DNA of 64,000 nucleotides. Origin: a virus. The notes beneath the pieces were generated by a model that saw only the letters and a program-made list of their open reading frames with translations, made no database searches and had not been told where the DNA came from. The position numbers and the translations under genes are program-made. The DNA lies in IMG/VR virus record IMGVR_UViG_3300050343_000265, positions 1-64,000 of that record; one strand, 5' to 3'. Positions 56,853 through 64,000 of the stretch are shown here, piece after piece; the stretch's first letter is position 1; the number at the start of each line of letters is the position of its first letter.

Positions 56853-57561
56853 GAAATTGTTGGGCTCTTTTCAAAAACTTTGCTTCGAATCTGTCCAGCT
56901 GATCGGTATCTATAAAGATACCTTGAGAGGTTTCTGGAGTAGAGACAATAATCAAAGCTACATCACATTTATATCCTGTTCGTTCAGCTAACGCGAGGCG
57001 GTAAGCCGCCATTTGCTGAGCGCACTTTTGATACTTCCTAAATCCACCAAAACCTAAGCGGTCTCCTTTCTCAGGAAACACAGCAGAGTAAGGAGCGTTA
57101 CTGGTTTTAAAGTCAGCAATTATCTTTACCCCACCTATCTCTCCGATCAAGTCAGGACAACCAGCGTACAAATGTTCTGTTGACCAGACATATGCAACTT
57201 CGCGGTCATCGCTTCTGAGGTGATTCCAGTCAGGACGCAAAGGACGTTCCGACCAATGAAGTGTATCAAACCAATCTAGGTATGGTGTGATTCCATTCCA
57301 GAAGTCTTGATATTCTTCAGAAACTCCGGGATCTAATCCACGGAGATAGTTTTCACAACCAAGGTGAATAGCAGAGCCACGAGTTGAGGCTGCTTCTAAT
57401 GCACCAGGGTTGTTCTTCTGCCAGTTACGTAAGCCAGCCTTAGCCTTTTCAGTTTCTGTAGCAGACAGGACTGTTGTAACCGAAGGCATATACAGACCTG
57501 AACAAAGGTACTTTCTATAGCCGCTCGGAGTTTGTATCCGATACGGCTTATCAGTAGTCAC
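56809..57561 (-). CDS. PD-(D/E)XK exonuclease
   Basis: PSVTTVL, RGSAIH, AGCPD..IADFKTS, Q..AY. Confidence 0.88.
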   Translation of the reverse strand: MTTDKPYRIQTPSGYRKYLCSGLYMPSVTTVLSATETEKAKAGLRNWQKNNPGALEAASTRGSAIHLGCENYLRGLDPGVSEEYQDFWNGITPYLDWFDTLHWSERPLRPDWNHLRSDDREVAYVWSTEHLYAGCPDLIGEIGGVKIIADFKTSNAPYSAVFPEKGDRLGFGGFRKYQKCAQQMAAYRLALAERTGYKCDVALIIVSTPETSQGIFIDTDQLDRFEAKFLKRAQQFHEMESAKDTEDSSQ

Positions 57562-57928
57562 CCTCTTCTACCTGCTCTTGAAAGTTCTGCGAATACGTTG
57601 CGCCTGTATCTGTAACAGTGGTTTGCTCCTGAAACATGGCATACAGTTGCCCCACTGCGTTACCTACTGCTTCTGTTACCTGTCCAATTGCTTCAACACG
57701 CTGAGTCATAAACGAAACTTCGTTCCTCATATCTGCAACTTCTTGACGCAATGCAATGGTGTGATCCATCAGGGAAGGCACTTTTGGAAGGGGCCTTGTT
57801 GCTAGTGGTCGTTGCGGAGCATCGGGTACAACGGGTTCAGCAGGAACGGTTGCTTGTGCTCCTGCGATGATCTGTGCAATGCGTGCCTGCATTTCAGGTG
57901 GCAAGTTATCCATATTTGAATTAGTCAT
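57551..57928 (-). CDS. Coiled-coil hypothetical protein
   Basis: ORF. Confidence 0.7.
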   Translation of the reverse strand: MTNSNMDNLPPEMQARIAQIIAGAQATVPAEPVVPDAPQRPLATRPLPKVPSLMDHTIALRQEVADMRNEVSFMTQRVEAIGQVTEAVGNAVGQLYAMFQEQTTVTDTGATYSQNFQEQVEEGDY

Positions 57929-58668
57929 TAGAATTCAGTTTCCTCTTCTACTTTTTTAGTTGCAGTTGTTGTCCCTACATGGGCTCCACGTTTGTCGGTT
58001 CCACCAGCAGGAAGACCTTTCTCATCGACTTGTTTGCCATCGAAAGGATCCTTGCCTTCAAAGAAATTAGGAAGCCAGATGGTGTCCTTCTCTTTGTCCC
58101 AAGTTGACTTAATTTTATCTGGCACCTTACGGACCTTCGGTAGGATGCTGTATGTAGTTTCCAGACCGGCTCCCTTGCGGCTAATCTTAATTGAAAAATT
58201 AGCAAGTCCGTCTTCTGTCCAAGTGTAGTCTTCAATTTCTTGAAGAATTTCTGTGAGCTGTTCTCTAAGTGATTTTTGTTCAATGAAAAGTACCTCTAAA
58301 CGACCGCGAGCTGCACTAGTGCCAACCCAAGCGAGGAATCGCCGGGGCTTGACATAAGTTCCATCGATTTTTGGTCGATCGGGCTTGGACCAATCGGTCT
58401 CTCGTGCGATGTCTTCGGGCTGCCCAGGATGAGTGCGAGTAACAACGTAGCCGTTGAAACGCAAATCACCAGTCTTAGCATCACGGCATTCGGATGCGTA
58501 CTGCCAACCCACGATTGCGTGACCTGTTTCGTAGCAGCCGAGTAGCCGGAACTCTTCTGACTCTCCGTCTTTAAGACTGCTTGGTTTCCAATAAGGTTGT
58601 GGTTCTCTTGTTTCAATTTTATCTTGGTTTTTCTCCAGCATTTCTGGAGGTAGGACTTGTAGCGCCAT
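57928..58668 (-). CDS. Putative ssDNA-binding/recombination protein
   Basis: KISRKGAGLETTYSILP, acidic tail ending in F, context. Confidence 0.65.
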   Translation of the reverse strand: MALQVLPPEMLEKNQDKIETREPQPYWKPSSLKDGESEEFRLLGCYETGHAIVGWQYASECRDAKTGDLRFNGYVVTRTHPGQPEDIARETDWSKPDRPKIDGTYVKPRRFLAWVGTSAARGRLEVLFIEQKSLREQLTEILQEIEDYTWTEDGLANFSIKISRKGAGLETTYSILPKVRKVPDKIKSTWDKEKDTIWLPNFFEGKDPFDGKQVDEKGLPAGGTDKRGAHVGTTTATKKVEEETEF

Positions 58669-58721
58669 ATTGATGTTATTTAGACTCTACAAATATAAGT
58701 AATACAAAGGATAAATGTGAG

Positions 58722-59342
58722 CTATGAAGCTAATACTTTGTGTCCATACCAGACAACTAAACTATACCGATTACCTTCTCTAAGCATATTGACTCGGTGC
58801 TCACATTTAGAAGGGAAGACCACGAAGTCTCCGTATTTCATTTTGAATACGCGGATATTAGAATCACTACCGTCTTTAATAAATAATTCAGCACCGTCAT
58901 ACATCTCAGAAGAACTCAGGCATACACTGATGCTTAGCTCCCTAACAAAATCAGTAACGTCATCATCATAATAGTCTTGATGCCAGTCATAATGATCGGT
59001 GACTTCATCGTAGATAGTAAATTGATATTCCCTAGCTGAGTCGGAGATATTTAAATTAAAGTATCCTACGTTGATTTCTTGAACCAGCTTGTCAATAAGA
59101 TCAGTAGCTTCTTGAGATTTTTTTAGCCAATGTAATTTTCCTTTTCTTATAGTTAGATCAAGATCATCACCAGACTCATCATCTTCAGAGTCGCCTATAC
59201 AAGCCAGGGACAGTTCGTCAACTTCAATAACTTCTTTAGCAATTATCTCATCAATTAGTTGTGCAGTATCAAGAGATAGCCGTCCACTAACAATGTTATC
59301 TGTAACTAAATCAATATCAAAGGCAGGGTAATTGGTAAACAT
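58722..59342 (-). CDS. 2OG-Fe(II) oxygenase
   Basis: WHQD, LSISV, VFPS..HRV..RYSLV. Confidence 0.9.
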   Translation of the reverse strand: MFTNYPAFDIDLVTDNIVSGRLSLDTAQLIDEIIAKEVIEVDELSLACIGDSEDDESGDDLDLTIRKGKLHWLKKSQEATDLIDKLVQEINVGYFNLNISDSAREYQFTIYDEVTDHYDWHQDYYDDDVTDFVRELSISVCLSSSEMYDGAELFIKDGSDSNIRVFKMKYGDFVVFPSKCEHRVNMLREGNRYSLVVWYGHKVLAS

Positions 59343-59407
59343 AAGTGTCCATTTTTTAGCATTAAAAAAGGTCTCACGTGAGACCATTTTGGGTATATTC
59401 AGTTCGC

Positions 59408-59707
59408 TTAGAAAACGAATGCATTACATACAGCTTGATAGTTAACTTCTCCGCCAAAGACTTCGTCAATAGCAGTCTTCGATTCACGCTCAAGTTTGCT
59501 GTCAACTTTTGACAATGCAAAGCCATAACAAGCTTCTGCAATCTGACCTGCATAATTATTTCTGATTTCAATTGCAGCAGCACTGCCTTGCAAATTTTGT
59601 GAAGCTGTAGTTGCAGAATTGATGAGACCACTGGTAGAGAAAGCAAGTGGTACACCGACAGCAGCAATAGCAGCGGAGCGGACGAGGTTGTTAATGTCTA
59701 GGTTCAT
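59408..59707 (-). CDS. Exported/membrane small protein
   Basis: N-terminal hydrophobic helix. Confidence 0.65.
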   Translation of the reverse strand: MNLDINNLVRSAAIAAVGVPLAFSTSGLINSATTASQNLQGSAAAIEIRNNYAGQIAEACYGFALSKVDSKLERESKTAIDEVFGGEVNYQAVCNAFVF

Positions 59708-59742
59708 AATAAAAATAAATAAATGTGTTTGTGTTTAGATAA

Positions 59743-60402
59743 TCAATAGTCAGGTACAGGGTCTACTTCGCCGTAGCCCTTTGCTTGGCCCGTTGTTCGA
59801 GCTTGAGAATTAGATCTCTCCTTTTCTTTGCGAGTAGTGAAGTCGTTTGCAACGATTGCACGGTAAGGGCTTGCGTCACCTTCCTTGCGGTATTCACGGA
59901 GATAGCCATGGACGCATATGCCACGTCCACTACGGATTCGATCGCTAAGTTTGGACTTCCTGCTTTCATGGAGTTCCATAAAGAGCCAGGTAGTGACGTC
60001 AGCGTTATCCAGGGTAGTCCCAATTTTGGTTGCGATTTGTCCATTCTTGCGTTCCTTAATGTCGTTAGATCCAAAGAATGCATTACCTAGGACAACCTGA
60101 TTGCAATACATATCCTGTGGAATGTTGAACTCGACAGTGGTTACCATCAGATCCAATGGCTGTGCTGTGTCCTCAGAGAAAACAAGATAGCCAGTGATCA
60201 GTGCACGATTACCTTTCTTCCATTCGAGGAACGAGTCGAGCTTGGGACCGGATCTGTCGTAACAGAGAACTCGGAGTTTGACCTCGTTGTCACCACTGCC
60301 AGCGGGGATAACAGCATCAGCCCCGCGATAGTCCAACCCATAAGCATTGATCGGATCTGAAATAATGGATCTGAGTTCAACTGTGGCTGCGATAAAATTC
60401 AT
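59743..60402 (-). CDS. Tandem OB-fold SSB-like protein
   Basis: KKGNRALITGYL / RSGRGICVHGYL repeats. Confidence 0.65.
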   Translation of the reverse strand: MNFIAATVELRSIISDPINAYGLDYRGADAVIPAGSGDNEVKLRVLCYDRSGPKLDSFLEWKKGNRALITGYLVFSEDTAQPLDLMVTTVEFNIPQDMYCNQVVLGNAFFGSNDIKERKNGQIATKIGTTLDNADVTTWLFMELHESRKSKLSDRIRSGRGICVHGYLREYRKEGDASPYRAIVANDFTTRKEKERSNSQARTTGQAKGYGEVDPVPDY

Positions 60403-60438
60403 TATTGCCTATATATTTATCAGTCTTTAATATAAGCA

Positions 60439-61062
60439 TTAAGACCACATGGCGCGAGATATAGTTGGTAATTCTGTGTCAAGAATCTCTCCGATCTGTC
60501 TAGCAATTTGTGAGTGCTCGACTTGAGTCCCATGACTGGCTCGCAGATCAATATAGTGCAGCCAACTTCGTATAGTGCCTGACATATACATCCTAGTTTT
60601 GGTACTTAGAGGAAGGACGTTACGTGCACATTCTTTAGCAACACCATAAGCGAGCAGCTTTTTGTATAAAGAGTTTGACTTATTGTTATGCAAAGTGATC
60701 ATATCCTGTAATTCTTCTGATAGCTCTTCAGGAAAATCATCAATAGAATTTTGGCGATTATCTAAGTCCTGTCTACGAAGTTGGGGTACTTCTATTTCAG
60801 TGACTTCTGCATAGCGCTGAGAGAACTCTTGAAATGAGAACGATCTGTGCCTGAGGATTTGCGCTCCAATAGCTCTTGTAGTCTGAATCTCGACGCACAT
60901 GGACGCCATTTCGAATGGACTCCAGTGCTTGTGCTTGATGAGATATTTGATGAGACGTTCGACATTGGGATTATCCTCGTTAGCTGGATTGGATACTCGG
61001 GCAAGTTTGCCGATTAATCTTTCGGCATCAGGTGTTACCCATACCAGTTTAGCTGTGTGCAT
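60439..61062 (-). CDS. thyX: Flavin-dependent thymidylate synthase
   Basis: HWSPFE, RHRSFSFQEFSQRY. Confidence 0.97.
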   Translation of the reverse strand: MHTAKLVWVTPDAERLIGKLARVSNPANEDNPNVERLIKYLIKHKHWSPFEMASMCVEIQTTRAIGAQILRHRSFSFQEFSQRYAEVTEIEVPQLRRQDLDNRQNSIDDFPEELSEELQDMITLHNNKSNSLYKKLLAYGVAKECARNVLPLSTKTRMYMSGTIRSWLHYIDLRASHGTQVEHSQIARQIGEILDTELPTISRAMWS

Positions 61063-61145
61063 GTATTGCTAGGAGTTGACGTAATTGTTTGACAGTTAAT
61101 TTATTTGCACGCTCTCTGACGTAGAGACAGAGATCGTCTATGTAA

Positions 61146-61433
61146 TCACTCTTCAGTTTTGATTTTGCCATATAAATTTGGTCGTATCTTTCCGTAGCCA
61201 GATTGAATCTTTAGCAATTCACCCTTACCTTTGAGCTTATCGTAATAAGCATCAAAGATATCGGCCATTGTGTATGCACGAACTACATCATAAGCAAGAT
61301 TGCCATCAATACTATAAGAAACGATATGGCAATCAGATGGTAAGTGGCTGTCTGCAAAGGTCTTAGGATTAATCTCTTGGTCTACGATTTGAATTTTAAT
61401 CTTTTCTTTTACAGTAAATTCAAGGGGAGGCAT
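61146..61433 (-). CDS. Hypothetical cyanophage protein
   Basis: ORF. Confidence 0.7.
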   Translation of the reverse strand: MPPLEFTVKEKIKIQIVDQEINPKTFADSHLPSDCHIVSYSIDGNLAYDVVRAYTMADIFDAYYDKLKGKGELLKIQSGYGKIRPNLYGKIKTEE

Positions 61434-62165
61434 TTATGCGTATTGCGGTAGATTTTGATTAGCGGTTTCAAAGAAAGCAGGCATACGTGATGCACGAGTA
61501 TCAATTAATCCCTCTGCTTTACCTCTGGAGTAGAGCGAATCTGAATTCGCCAGCCAGAAGTTTGACGACAGATGCTTATGCTCTGCTTCCCCTTTGAGGG
61601 ATTGAAGGCACCAAGCAACCGTAGCTCGCCTAAGGTTATTGAGGGTTTTGTCAGACTTAAGTCCAAGCGCTTCACACACGAGTGTGTTCGCCGCGACATG
61701 GGTCTGTTCGTCTCTTGAGATGTCGGCGGATGTTGTGCGTAATCCTGTATCTCCCAGTCGTCGGAAGATGGGCAGTAAGACGAAGAAGACTGATCTCTCA
61801 AGTACCACAGCTTTGAGAACAGGATGGCGGTCCAACTCAAGCCAGGTTTTACAAATGTGTGCAGCTTCTTTCTCAAACCGAGGGGAGACTCCGTGTGCAG
61901 CAGCTGCGAAATTAAGGGCAATGTCATGTTTCTCTTCATCAACAACGTTAGAAGCAAGTAGTTCCTTACAGCCTTTAACGTCAGGCAGATCGCCCTTCAT
62001 AGCGTCAGCAATAAAATCACCAACGGGAATCTCAAGACAACGTAGCGCTAATGCACGTTGAATGACTTCTTCGCCACCATCAAGTAGCTGACCAGCTGAT
62101 ACTTGAACTGGAGTCCAGGTACGCTTGCGCTGGTGAAGATGAATGTAAGGAGTTTCTGCTTTCAT
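61434..62165 (-). CDS. nrdB: Ribonucleotide reductase small (ferritin-like) subunit
   Basis: E..DEEKH..E..DEQTH dimetal ligands; adjacent to the large subunit. Confidence 0.8.
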   Translation of the reverse strand: MKAETPYIHLHQRKRTWTPVQVSAGQLLDGGEEVIQRALALRCLEIPVGDFIADAMKGDLPDVKGCKELLASNVVDEEKHDIALNFAAAAHGVSPRFEKEAAHICKTWLELDRHPVLKAVVLERSVFFVLLPIFRRLGDTGLRTTSADISRDEQTHVAANTLVCEALGLKSDKTLNNLRRATVAWCLQSLKGEAEHKHLSSNFWLANSDSLYSRGKAEGLIDTRASRMPAFFETANQNLPQYA

Positions 62166-62182
62166 TGGATTGGGTATAGGGT

Positions 62183-63607
62183 TTATTCAGCGCAGCCAAC
62201 ACAGGCTGCAGGGTCATTAAAGATGTTGATAATGCCGTCATCATCGTCGTCACCGTCGTTGAATCCGAACATAGTTCCAAAATCACCGTCTAGTGCAGCA
62301 AGTGCATCATCTTTTGCCTGGGTATTCTGCATAACTTGCAAGCTGTAGTACAGCGAAGTTTGGGGAGAATCAAGCCAAGCTTCAATAAAGTCATCGTCGT
62401 ATTGAACAACGTCGCTCCATGAATTGAAACTATAGCCATGCGCCAGGCCGGTGCGTTTAAGCATTTCCATAATGCCATCGACTACACGTTTGTAGTTGTC
62501 CCAGCCAACTGAATCGGCTGTTTCAACTTCTCCGTAATCGAATGTTTCGACACCGAATGTAGAGCTGTCCCTATCCACTGTGCGTCCGATTGGCGGTGCA
62601 ATTTCGGGGGCCGTGGTATAGCCAGCTCGGTCTGTGTAACGGTAACTACATGAGGCAGTTGGAGCAATAGCAAAGCAGCGATCCATATTGGCCCGTTCTG
62701 CAATAGCTGCTGCTGAATCAACACCTAGCTGAAGTTCTTTAACTATCTTACGTGCTTCTGGAGTCGTAATGTAATCACCTTCGGGATACAAATGCGCAGT
62801 AAGTGCTTCGCCAAACTGTTCGTAAGTGACGTTCTCCAGAGCCAATAGATTTGCTAGTCCAAGCATTCCAAGTCCTACCTGACGATCCTCCTTTTGAGTG
62901 AGATACTCACCAGTCTTTTCAACACCAGTTTTTGAATGCAGATCAATAAGCTCTGACATCCCTGCAATAAATGCGGATGGAATATCTTCAGGACGACAAG
63001 CGCCCAAGTTTATATGTTCCAAAAGACAAGTGCCACGGCTCTTGAGAAAAACCTCAAGGCAAACGTTGGCATAAATACGCTCACCATGCTGATCGCTGCG
63101 GATCTTGGCAAGCCAGATGTCACCACGAGCAATGCCTTTGAGGATTGCATCTTTGACTGCAGGCTTGGCCATGTCCCACATGACGTTAGACAAGTTAATG
63201 CAACGCTTAGCCCAAGGGATTTCATGCCTAGGCATGTTTACAAACTCAAGAATATCCCGATGATTGCAATCTAGGTGGAGCACAACAGCGCCGTTCTTGT
63301 AGACCCCACCTCTACGTAGTTGCTCATTCAAACAGCTATAGATTTTGCCAAATGAGCAAGGCCCCGAACTTACTAGCCCTTTACCGTTGTCATGCCCGGC
63401 AGGACGGATCTTAGAAAGATGTACAGCAACGCCTGCTCCAAAACGTAGTCCATGACTCACGTAGCGCCAGCTGGCCTCAATTCCATTAGGTCCTTCCATG
63501 CTGTCTTCGACAACAAATACTGTGCAGCTGACAGGGAGGCGACTGGCTGGATCATCAATCCAATTTTGTACACGACCAGTTCGTGCAATTACCTGATTAT
63601 TTTCCAT
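62183..63607 (-). CDS. nrdA: Ribonucleotide reductase large subunit (minimal cyanophage type)
   Basis: VSC, NVCLE, APTAS, TSLYY, C-terminal CVGC. Confidence 0.92.
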   Translation of the reverse strand: MENNQVIARTGRVQNWIDDPASRLPVSCTVFVVEDSMEGPNGIEASWRYVSHGLRFGAGVAVHLSKIRPAGHDNGKGLVSSGPCSFGKIYSCLNEQLRRGGVYKNGAVVLHLDCNHRDILEFVNMPRHEIPWAKRCINLSNVMWDMAKPAVKDAILKGIARGDIWLAKIRSDQHGERIYANVCLEVFLKSRGTCLLEHINLGACRPEDIPSAFIAGMSELIDLHSKTGVEKTGEYLTQKEDRQVGLGMLGLANLLALENVTYEQFGEALTAHLYPEGDYITTPEARKIVKELQLGVDSAAAIAERANMDRCFAIAPTASCSYRYTDRAGYTTAPEIAPPIGRTVDRDSSTFGVETFDYGEVETADSVGWDNYKRVVDGIMEMLKRTGLAHGYSFNSWSDVVQYDDDFIEAWLDSPQTSLYYSLQVMQNTQAKDDALAALDGDFGTMFGFNDGDDDDDGIINIFNDPAACVGCAE

Positions 63608-64000
63608 TGGTGTCGTAGTAATTAAGTTGAGGTTTTGGTAAACAGTCAGCCAGATCAGGCGGTAAATACGATGGACCTTTAAGGACCTTTCCGTCTTCTC
63701 TATAAATTGGCTTTCCTTGTTCATCTAGTTTACTGAGATTAGACTCATAAACGAGTTGCATAGCCTTATCTAAATCGATGCCATAAGTAGCAGCAAATTG
63801 ATAGCAAACAAAGACAAGGTCTGATAGTTCCTTTACAAGTTCTTCTCTACGATTTGTATTTTCAGGATCAGCAAAGCATTCATCCGCAGCAGTCATAAAC
63901 TCCTGGCCTTCTTCAGCTATTAATCGTAGCTGCATATCCCATAAATTCTTTTTAATAAATCCAAACCTAGAGATATTGTCAAGAGTTTCTTGATTAAAGA
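63597..64000 (-). CDS. MazG-like NTP pyrophosphohydrolase (5' partial)
   Basis: EEGQE..KELSD..SNLSK..REDGKVLKG. Confidence 0.85.
   Translation of the reverse strand, partial: FNQETLDNISRFGFIKKNLWDMQLRLIAEEGQEFMTAADECFADPENTNRREELVKELSDLVFVCYQFAATYGIDLDKAMQLVYESNLSKLDEQGKPIYREDGKVLKGPSYLPPDLADCLPKPQLNYYDTNGK

Noticed and set aside
1137-63274. Numerous antisense or alternate-frame ORFs in the track (e.g. 5169-5624, 9048-9488, 20643-21122, 61639-62061)
   Set aside because: Shadow ORFs inside well-supported genes, with no motifs or start signals.

Overview
This is a 64-kb stretch of a tailed dsDNA phage, most likely a marine cyanophage. The evidence is a cyanophage-type RNR pair, ThyX, a glutamine-II riboswitch with DUF4278, and a cyanobacterial-type sigma factor; the layout recalls S-EIV1-like phages, which is from memory and unverified. 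The + strand from ~0.6 to 43.7 kb carries putative internal/ejection proteins, TerL, portal, scaffold, an RpoD-like sigma factor, major capsid, tail/fibre genes, lysins and a tyrosine integrase beside a tRNA-Ser-like attP. The - strand from ~48.9 to 64 kb is a replication/nucleotide module: split PolA, primase-helicase, exonuclease, SSB-like proteins, 2OG oxygenase, ThyX, RNR and a MazG-like enzyme. Several genes at 1.7-13.5 kb and 42.4 kb are broken by indels that look like sequencing errors. Most notable observations: (1) a cluster of four intact but catalytically dead enzyme homologues; (2) an R-[MLF]-A-G motif shared by unrelated late proteins, including a kinase, which may be a virion cargo tag; (3) two homologous inverted-iteron elements 41 kb apart; (4) a candidate three-hairpin kissing-loop ncRNA; (5) a 527-nt dual-coding portal/scaffold overlap. 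All family assignments come from motif recognition by eye; no searches were run.
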